Part shown: piece after piece, positions 25,329 through 34,427 of the stretch | Layout of the letters: each line of letters begins with the position of its first letter | Position numbering within the stretch: position 1 is the stretch's first letter | Source of the DNA: Sphyrna mokarran | Taxonomy: Eukaryota | Reading direction: 5' to 3' | Length of the DNA: 64,000 nt | NCBI GenBank assembly: GCA_024679065.1 | Contig: JAGIQG010000040.1 | Coordinates: 5,890,001 to 5,954,000, forward strand | The notes under the pieces: generated by a model | What the model saw: the letters and a program-made list of their open reading frames with translations, nothing else | Database searches by the model: none | What the model was told of the DNA's origin: nothing | Made by a program: the position numbers and the translations under genes

Positions 25329-26533
25329 ATGCTCCGAATTTACAGACTCCCTTTGCTGTTTTTCACTCTGACCTGCACTGGGGTGACTGGAGCAGATGAG
25401 GTGAAGCAGCTCCCTCGGTGGAAAGTTGTGAGTGAAGGGGAAAACGTACCCATGAACTGTACCTCGACCACTGCTTTTAACATCTTGTATTAGAACATAG
25501 AACACTACAGCACAGAACAGGCCCTTCGGCCTTCGAGGTTGCGCCGACCAATATAAAAAGCAATGCCCCTCCAAACTAAACCATTCCCTTCTCTTCCACA
25601 TACTTATCAACTAACCTCTTAAACGCCACCAAACTTGGCGCATCTACAACTGCCGCAGGCAGGGCATTCCACTCCCGAACCACCCTTTGGGTAAAGAACC
25701 TACCTCTGATATCCGTCCTATAACTATCACACCTTAATTTAAAGCTGTGTCCCCTCGTGCTAGCTTTCTCCATCCTAGGAAAAAGTCTATCACTGTCCAC
25801 CCTATCTAAACCTCTAATCATCTTATATGCTTCAATAAGATCCCCTCTTAGCCGCCTCCTTTCAAACGAAAACAACCTCAAATCCTTCAACCTCTCTTCA
25901 TAGGACCTGCCCTCCATACCAGGCAACATCCTGGTAAACCTCCTCTGTACCCTCTCCAATGCCTCCACATCTTTCTTATAATGTGGGGACCAGACTGCAC
26001 ACAATACTCCAAGTGCAGCCGCACTAGAGTTTTGTACAGTTGCAACATGACGTTGCGGCTCCGAAATTCAATCCCCCTACCAATAAAAGCTAAGACTCCA
26101 TATGCCTTCTTAACAACCTTCTTGACTTGACTGCCTACTTTCAGGGATCTATGCACATACACACGAAGATCCCTCTGTTCATCAAGACTACTAAGAATCC
26201 TACCATTAGCCCTATACTCTACACATTTATTATTTCTGCTGTAGTGCATTACCTCACACTTTTCCACATTAAACTCCATTTGCCACCTCTCGGCCCAGCT
26301 CTGCAACTTGTCTAAGTCCCTCTGCAAACTATGACACCCCTCTTCACTATCTAAAAACAGAGTATTGGTACAGACAGTCCCCGAATCAGCCACCGCAGTA
26401 TCTGGTGATGGCCACAAGAGAATCCGATCAAAGCGAGAGGATCACTGCCTCAATCGGCGGAGGCAAGTTCAGCGCCCTGACTGTGAGAGATGCCGGAGTT
26501 ACAGACACTGCCACCTATCTCTGTGCCGTGAGG
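25329..26533 (+). pseudogene. TCR alpha/delta-type V with an intronless leader, disrupted only by a CR1 insertion
   Basis: Joining 25329-25491 to 26367-26533 gives the open frame MLRIYRLPLLFFTLTCTGVTG-ADEVKQLPRWKVVSEGENVPMNCTSTTAFNILYWYRQSPNQPPQYLVM...DTATYLCAVR. Confidence 0.9.
25492..26361 (-). mobile_element. Young 5'-truncated CR1 with 5-bp TSD GTATT
   Basis: Near-identical to the reverse complement of ~36430-37295. GTATT at 25487-25491 and 26362-26366, with a few unmatched bases at the 5' junction. Confidence 0.92.
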
Positions 26534-26572
26534 CACAAAGTGACAAACACAGGGAGGTCCCATACAAAAACC
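26534..26572 (+). other. 23-RSS
   Basis: CACAAAG + 23 nt + ACAAAAACC (consensus nonamer). Confidence 0.85.
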
Positions 26573-28141
26573 TGCCCCGACTGCGAGAGACACCCTGGAG
26601 TATCAGTAAAGTGGTGGAATTATAAAAAAGGTTCATTAACAAATGAAATGAGAGCAATGCAAAATAAAATATAGAATCTACTGATTAATATCCCGTCAGA
26701 AATGAAGATTGATGAAAACGGAGATGGAGAAGGGAGAAGGGACACAGAAGCCGGAATAAGTGAGCAGCAATTGGAATTAGAGAAGTTCACTCTTCGTGGA
26801 GAAGTGGACAGAAAATGAGGAAACTATTGAAAAAGAAGTGGAAGAGACTGAAAAAAACAGAGAGATAGATTAAAGGCCAGAGTAAATAAAGAAAAACTTT
26901 AGCAAAGTAGATTGTGATTTTTCTTTAACATTACAAATATTTACTAGTTATTTAAATTTTCTGAAACGTGTCACCGAAAGGCCAGCAATTGGAAATCGCC
27001 CTATTGGTAAATTTCGGCTTTGCTCATGATCCTGATAGCGTATTTTCATATTCATTTCATTGCAGTGTTAATGCAATCAAAGAACAAAGAACAAATCTTT
27101 TTTGTAACGCCGATAAAGAAAGATTTAAGCCAAAAAAACGGAGAACAAACTGTGGATGGCATTAAATGGATACAGAATCCGAGGTTTCTGAACAAAGAAA
27201 CAGGTTTCAGAACACAAGGGGGCACATGTAAGCCTGCACACACAATTGTTGAGAACACAGTTCAAACACATGGATCCGTTGAGTAACTCTTCATACCTTC
27301 AGCATTAATCTCAGTGATAGTGTTTCAGAGAGACTGGGAAAGATGGTGAAGGAATGAGAGAGCACTATACTCAGCGGAGAATTGAGCAAATGCGGGTATT
27401 TTCTATGGAATAGCAATTCTGTTCAGAAGCGATTGTCAGACTTGTACCCAATGAAGGCAGGTTTGGAAAAGGTTGAAAAGGAGCAGAGACAATCGGCTAG
27501 TCCCTCAATGCGTGACTGGATGGCGGTATTTCTCAATTTCTTTATGCACTGAAGACAGCGATTAGCACACTATTAGAGAATGCGATGGCTCATGCCAAGT
27601 TGTAATGTGGACAAACCATAAGTAATTTTCAGCGGTAAGTGGATAAATACTTGACCAGCAAATAGAAATTTTATGAATATGAGATACATTGAATGCAAGT
27701 GCCGATAAAGAATAACTGGATAACCCATCAACAGAGACAGTACGTGAGCAAGAGCCGAATGGTCTCTGTTAGTGCTATAACAATTTACTATTCCAAGATT
27801 ATGAACGGCTCTTTTCAATTAGAAAGACGCCAGAGCACAATTCTTGCAAAACAATTTACTTTGTTGATACAGTGAGGAAGGAGTTGTTCGGAAGCAGTGA
27901 CAGTTCAAGTGGTTTCCGGTTTGAGAAACAGCCAATTGCTGAGTGGCACCGTGAGAAACGTCAGATACCGATATCCCATAATTGTCCAATCGGTGACAGT
28001 GTGGCCCTTCGGTCTCACATCGAAGGCGAGAATATAAAGCTCTCGCCTCTCCCTCCCCGCCATTCACAGTCTGGGCCTCGGCTGCAAGTCCCAGTTTTGA
28101 AAGTTGATCCTGATTGATGCTGTTGTGCACCTTTATCAATC

Positions 28142-28202
28142 ATGAAGAGAAATCCCCGCAAAGAGCTATTTCCAATTGGAGCTCTGATGCTGCTCATATT
28201 GT
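28142..28202 (+). CDS. Leader exon of the 28 kb TCR V
   Basis: MKRNPRKELFPIGALMLLIL, phase-1 donor T|GTGAGT, 84-nt intron. Confidence 0.8.
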
Positions 28203-28286
28203 GTGAGTTTATTGATTTACCCAGACGGATTATTTTAACAATCTCTTCATACCGTATAGTTAATGACTGATTTTTTCTGTTCACAG

Positions 28287-28568
28287 CCGTTCGGTGTGAC
28301 GATCAGAGCTCCCATTCTCAGCAGATCGTGTCTCGGGAAGGGGAGCGGGTTGAACTCAAGTGTCGGCTCTCTGTCCCTACAGGCGATACAGTAGCCTGGT
28401 ACAGACAAACACTGAGAGGACCTCCGACATTTATCGCTTCCATTTACCAGGGGAATGTGACTGAAGGACGTTACACACTGTCTTTTGACCGAGTAAAGAA
28501 TTCCTACACCATTTCTATAGATGAGGCGACGGCCCTGCTCTCTGGGATGTATCTCTGTGCGAAGCAGA
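28287..28568 (+). CDS. TCR alpha/delta-type V exon, intact but divergent
   Basis: Acceptor TTCACAG, then SVRCDDQSSHSQQIVSREGERVELKC...VAWYRQ...GRYTLS...SGMYLCAKQ. Both canonical Cys and the Trp are present. Confidence 0.85.
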
Positions 28569-28607
28569 CACAGTGAGACAAAGAGCGGATCCCCCTGTAC
28601 ATTATTC
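28569..28607 (+). other. 23-RSS (weak nonamer)
   Basis: CACAGTG + 23 nt + ACATTATTC. Confidence 0.7.
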
Positions 28608-29043
28608 TGTTCACTACCCTGTCTCCGCTGCACTTTTAAACTTTCTGCAAACGAGAAATGTCGTTGATATTCTTCAATGTTACTTTCCCATCTTTAATGT
28701 ACTATCTAAATATATAGTTCTAACATCCCAAAGCTGCAATTAAAGATGCAGAGTATCGAAGCATATTAAGTTAAAAAGAATTGTTTCATTGTCGCGCAAA
28801 CAAATTAAAGAAACAGGCAGAAAAATCTGCCTGTCAAATATCTAGAAAAATATTCCATAAAAAGATAAATCAACAAGGATAAAGGTAAGAAGACAGATTG
28901 ATAAGAGGTAGAAATGTTCAGAGTCATATGCAGCAGATAGCTGAATAGACTGTTAGTTAACTTGCTTTTGTCAGTATGCGTAAGAACTTTATTTAATTAT
29001 TCCTGAATGTATCTTTATATTAATTATGTTCTTGTTTTCATAG

Positions 29044-29324
29044 CTATATCTTGTCACTGGAAGAAATTTCAGATGTCGATGTATTGGGTAAATCAAGGAC
29101 AGACCATCTCTCTTCATCACAATATTACTGTTACTGGGAATGAGGTTGTATTTTGGTACCGGCAATTCACCGATCAAGTTCTAGAGTATCTCGTTTCCAC
29201 ATTCAGAACTGAAACAGCTGAGGGAAGGTTTAGAGTATCTGTGGACAGTGAGAAAGGATCCACCAGTCTCACTATTAACACTGCTGAACTGTTTGATGCT
29301 GCGGTGTATTACAGTGCAGTGAGA
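29044..29324 (+). pseudogene. TCR V ORF lacking both canonical cysteines (probable pseudogene or ORF)
   Basis: Acceptor ..TTTTCATAG, then QGQTISLHHN...VFWYRQ...EGRFRVSVDSEKGSTSLTI...DAAVYYSAVR. The frame is open from ATG 29007. The upstream leader-like stretch contains a stop. Confidence 0.8.
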
Positions 29325-29363
29325 CACAGTGAAACAAAGAGGTGCAAATCCTGTACAATGACT
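29325..29363 (+). other. 23-RSS
   Basis: CACAGTG + 23 nt + ACAATGACT. Confidence 0.75.
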
Positions 29364-29720
29364 CACTCGACATGGGGACTGTGGAGCCAAACATCCCATG
29401 GCGTTTAGAAGACAGCATGTTTCAAGCAATATCGATAGAAAATATTCTTCATCTGAGTTATATGATGGAATTAAAATATATTTTATTTTTTCTAATAATA
29501 GAACTTGCAGAAAACCCACAGTAGAAATATACAAATTACTCTTTGACTTCTCAAAAACTGAGACAAATGATCTTGTATCAATATCAAGCAGCAAATGGAG
29601 AAAAATGAAAACAATAACAATGATATCAGATATAAAAGTAGTAACATCGAAGTAATAAAACCCACAATACACTGCCGCAATGCAAATCCAGCGATATCAT
29701 GTTACAATATCCGAGAATAA

Positions 29721-29830
29721 CGGAGAGGATCATTGCTTCACTGATGACGTCCTCTTTCGCTAAACCTTGTAGATCCGGCAGTTCCCCCTGTCACAGGTGA
29801 CAGCTGGAGTTACAGGAAATATCTGTGCGC
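29721..29830 (+). pseudogene. Short remnant of a V related to the 25-26 kb V
   Basis: GAGAGGATCATTGCTTCA and GCTGGAGTTACAG..TATCTGTGC resemble FR3 of the V at ~26433-26526. Confidence 0.4.
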
Positions 29831-31298
29831 CTCCACACCACAAGCCGCAGTGTATTTACAGCAAGAGCTTGTAAGTGAATTACGGAAGATCCGGCACAGA
29901 AGGTCTTTTGGACAAGAAATTTTGGGTTTGAAACAGCTTTGCGGCCTTTTGGCGACTGAGGTGTGTTCTTCACCTGGTCACCAAATGTTGAACATTAGGC
30001 TCTCAATTCTTCCGATATACCTAATGACAGCTGGTGAGAAGAGGAGAGTTTCCTGGTCACACATACTGCAGGAAGCAGTGAAAGCCACTGCAGTAATTTG
30101 CCTGGCATAATCGTGGAGTAATCGAATGGAAGTCTCTGGTCTCCTAGCGCCGTGTTAGAACTTGATTCTGGAGGTTGGGGGGGGAGGGGGAACTTAGGGA
30201 GGGGGACTTAGAGAGTGAACGATATAGAGCAGTGTATTCTAATGTCACTGGGCAGTCTGAATAAGATGTTTAGAACAATATGGATCGTCAATATGGCTCC
30301 TCAATATAACAGAAAGAGAAAGAGCGAGGATGGGCGAAAAGAGAGAGAGAAAGGTGTCTATTCAAATTTGTGACAAAGTTCAATGTAACCGGCACATATT
30401 AAGATTCCCCAATCCCTTTACTCCAGGGTCAGAATGACGAGAATTTCTGATTGAGAATTAAACATTCCCACTGCCACCTGTAGTGATAAAGTTTGTAACA
30501 TCACCACAACTACACTGGAAATGATGTTCCTTAGGTTCGCAAGTCCCATTTGACCTCTGGAGTCTGTGAAAGGCACTATATCAGTAAGAGTACGTTTTGT
30601 TTTTTCGAGGGATAGCTTTTGTAAAGCTTGCGTTCATTGTCTTTCTGATTCCACGGGGACCGATAATGTTTATTTTTAATTTCATTTTCATTATTTCAAT
30701 TTGTTTTCCCCAGATTGGGTTAACGAGTTGTCACTATGGACTGGGACTTCCCGGATTCCGTCTCCAGCCCCTTCAGAGATTCTTTCCCCTCCAGGGGACA
30801 CCGGAAGTCTATCCGGAACAATACTCCGGGAGCTTACCGAGGAGACAGGGCAGTGCTTAGAAACGCTGCACCGTCACAGATGTCAGCCTCTCGATGACCT
30901 GTTAAATCTGGGGTACCGTCTTCCCTCTCAGGTGGAGGTGCTGCATGGTCACTGTTTCCAAAAAGAGCAAGAGGAACATCCTGTTCGGTATCTGTTCACC
31001 AATCACAATGACTGACACAGATAGGGCACTACAATATTACTGAATGAAATAATATCATTATAAGTCCAAAAATAGCTGCTGTGTTTATTACGTAAAACAC
31101 TTTGGGACATTAAAATTTACAAATATTCTCATATTCATTCTGTTAAGTGTCCCGGTGTTTCAATTTTTTAATATATTTGTCATTCATAAAGATATTCTCA
31201 GTAAAAATGAGAAATCACCTCGATTTCAGGTTCCATTTCAGACTCAGTCTGATCACAATGTTTGCTTCACGCTCTGTTATGTTGAGTGAGACTCTGAG

Positions 31299-31337
31299 AG
31301 TTTTTGCACAGGTTCAGCCCAGCTCTGTGTCTCTGTG
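31299..31337 (-). other. 23-RSS
   Basis: CACAGAG + 23 nt + GCAAAAACT. Confidence 0.85.
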
Positions 31338-31647
31338 GGTCTCAGTGCGCAGTAATACACCCCGGAGTCTGTCAGCTCTGTTTTAGACACTTTCAGCGGG
31401 ACGGTGCGGGTTGTTTCGTTGAGCTCCGCTGAAAAACGGCTCCCTGGGGATGTCTCTGTGTTGTCGCTGTATCTGTTTCTCCTCAGCAGAAACTCCATGA
31501 ACCCGCTGGAATGCTGACGGTACCAGAATAAATAAGGATTGTTAGTACTACTTGTAGCTGTGTAATTACAGAGTAACTGAACAACATCTCCTTCAGTGAC
31601 GGTGACTGCAGCCGGTGTCTGTGAAACGGAATCTCCTCCACAGTGTC
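31338..31647 (-). CDS. TCR alpha/delta V exon, intact; leader exon not resolved
   Basis: Acceptor CCTTACAG, then GHCGGDSVSQTPAAVTVTEGDVVQLLCNYT...PYLFWYRQ...RFSAEL...DSGVYYCALRP. Confidence 0.92.
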
Positions 31648-33401
31648 CTGTAAGGACGCAAAGAAATATTAAACTAAACAATACGATTTTACTCTGCTCC
31701 CCAAACCCCACCCGAACCCCATACCCGCACGCCTCATTCCCAGAATCTGCCGTAATCTTGAACAATAATCTCAGAAAGAAATCACAAAGCGCAACAAAAC
31801 ATATTTCACAGTTCAGCCGTTGGGAAAGAGGAGGTGTTTGTTTAAATAAAACTCCCACCATAAACATTCTGTTCTTTCTAAAGAGATCAGTTCCTCGCCT
31901 TCAGTCCCTATAACTGGAACAGCTCTCGGTCTGTCTGTTTGAAGCGTGGTGTTTGCCAAAGTCATTCACCGGTATCAGAGGAGCTTCAATCTGAGCCGAA
32001 CTCATTCTCTCTCATTCCTTGAGGGAAATGCGCCTAATCCCAACATACTCTGGTGTTGAGACCAGCGAAATCCTGATATTTTTTCCATGTTGTGATTAAT
32101 CCATTCCCTGATCACCCACCCCTTCCCCTTGAAATGAACGAACAGCCTGACAGGATATATTATGGGGTAATGATGTACAACACAGAATTGAACAACTTGC
32201 GAACCTACCGGTTAACAGAGCTGTCGCTATGATGAATAAATGCAGAGCAATAGGAGTCATGTTTGCAGAGAGCTGGAAGCGGATTTACCAGAATGGGTTG
32301 AAACTGAAGATATTTAGTCAAGGGTTGGGGAGAGATCGAGCTATATCCGGGTCCACGTTGATTGGTTCACTGCTGAAAACGTCATCAGATAACATCCAAT
32401 GGGCTTCAAGCTCCTTTGATCTCCAATTCAAGTAATGAACTCAAAGTTCCTTCATCTCCAATTCGTCCTCTTGACGGAGGGACCAAAGCAACAAAGTGAA
32501 TTTGATCATCCCACGATAGGGGATTACTTTCCTCTTCAGCCGTCATTTCAGGCAATGCGCGGTCCCCTGAGTCTTCATGGCTGTTTTTCGATATGGAGAA
32601 TGACGATATTCATCCTGACAGCAACATAACAGATTGTTATCAATCGTGTTTGGGGTAGCAGCTATGGTGAGGGGGAGGATGAATGTTTAGTTGAAACATC
32701 TACTTCATAACATGTAAATAGAATAATGAACGGGCTGAGATATTTCCATTTGATGTCCTCTCACTTTGTAACGTTGTAGACTATGAAATCCTCTCTCAGA
32801 CATGGAAACACATCTTGCCTCCCCACTCAACTACTGATCTAATCAGTGCCAAACAGGGAAAAGCGGCAAAAATCAATATCTCCAATAAAATCTCAAATAA
32901 AACAGCGCAGGTGAGACGGGCCAGAGTGAAAACAGCACAGGAAAGCTGTGGATGGGGCTACCACATGCAATGTGGTGACAGCTAGGATTTATCTGCAAGG
33001 AAGTCGTCACTAGGAGGCTGCCGGTAGTTGTAGTTTTTAAGCTATATAAGTACTAACCTCTGGGTATCGGCCTCATTGTTCCATTGGAGCAGCACGGAGA
33101 GGCAGCGATTTGGGAGAGCGAGAAGTTCGATTGTTAAGTAGTTTTTTAACTTTTCTCTTTGTTTAAAACAGCGAGCGGGAGTAGTTTTTGCCGTTTTTTA
33201 TTTAAACTAACTTGTAACCGGAAGTCGTCACTAGGGGCTGCCGGTAGTTGTAGTTTTTCTCTCTGACTCTATAAATTGGTCCAGAGAGGTAGCCCGATAC
33301 TCTACACAGGTAGAGTATCCCACCCTCCACCCTCCTCTAACCTAATAATAAAAGTGTGTGAGAAGTTTTTTTTTTCTCTCCTGGAAATTAAAGTATCAGG
33401 G

Positions 33402-34325
33402 ATGGCAGTGCAGGCAGTACGTTGCACCTCCTGCAGTATGTATGAGGTGAGGGACACCAGTAGTGTTCCTGCTGATTATACCTGCAGGAAGTGTGCACAT
33501 TTGCAGCTCCTTGAGGATCGTGTTAAGGAGCTGGAGCTGGAATTAGAGGAACTCAGGGTAATTCGAGAGGTTGAGGAGGATATAGGCAGGAGTAACAAAG
33601 AGATTGTAACTCCTATAAGTGATAATTGGGTAACTATTAGGAGGAGGGGTAAGAAGCAATCGGGGAGACAATCCCCTGGGGCTGTTCCCCTCCAAAATAA
33701 ATTTTCTGTCTTGGAGGCTACAGTTGAGGAAGAATCAACTGGAGCTGACCAAAGGGAGCAGGTCTCTGGGGGTGAGCCTGCTGAGAATGCTCAGGTGGGT
33801 GGGGGGAATAAGAGATTAGGCCTAGTTATAGGAGACTCCATAGTTAGAGGGACAGATAGGAGGATAAATAGTAATAAACGGGACTCATGGCTGGTGTGTT
33901 GCCTCCCAGGGGCTGGGGTCCAGGATGTTGCAGATCGGGTTTTTAAGATTCTTAAGGGTGAGGGGAGTCAGCCCCAAGTCATAGTTCATGTGGGGACACA
34001 TGATGTAGGTAGGACAAGGGAAGGGGATATTAAACAGAAATTTATGGAGTTAGGGTGGAAGCTTAGGTCCATAACAGGCAGAGTGGTTATCTCTGGACTC
34101 TTGCCTGTGCCAAGGGATAGTTTAGAGATGAACAGAGAAAGGGATAGTTTGAACTCATGGCTGCGTGGATGGTGCAGGAGGGAGGGGTTCAGGTTCCTTA
34201 ACAATTGGGACTCATTCTGGGATAGGTGGGACCTCTTCAAGAGAGATGGTCTACACCTGAACCAGAGGGGGACTAATATCTTGGGGGGAAAATTTGCTAA
34301 GGCTATGATGGGGGCTTTAAACTGA
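33402..34325 (+). CDS. CR1 ORF1p (Zn finger, leucine zipper, SGNH esterase)
   Basis: CTSC...CRKC, LEDRVKELELELEEL, GDSIVR, HVGTHD, DGLHL. Confidence 0.9.
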   Translation: MAVQAVRCTSCSMYEVRDTSSVPADYTCRKCAHLQLLEDRVKELELELEELRVIREVEEDIGRSNKEIVTPISDNWVTIRRRGKKQSGRQSPGAVPLQNKFSVLEATVEEESTGADQREQVSGGEPAENAQVGGGNKRLGLVIGDSIVRGTDRRINSNKRDSWLVCCLPGAGVQDVADRVFKILKGEGSQPQVIVHVGTHDVGRTREGDIKQKFMELGWKLRSITGRVVISGLLPVPRDSLEMNRERDSLNSWLRGWCRREGFRFLNNWDSFWDRWDLFKRDGLHLNQRGTNILGGKFAKAMMGALN

Positions 34326-34427
34326 TTCGGGGGGGGGGGTGGGATCCTAAGTAGTTGGGGTGCTGAGAGGGATGAGAGTAAGGGGGTTATAGAAGAGAGT
34401 TGTAAAACACAGCGGCGTACGGGTGGG

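Noticed and set aside
30468-30486. Third CTCF-like motif (ACTACAGGTGGCAG, minus strand)
   Set aside because: Several mismatches in the 5' core, within chance expectation for 64 kb.
30714-30960. Acceptor followed by V-like words (PSEILSPPGDTGSLS; ..GYR)
   Set aside because: No Cys/Trp framework or RSS could be reconstructed; a profile search would be needed.
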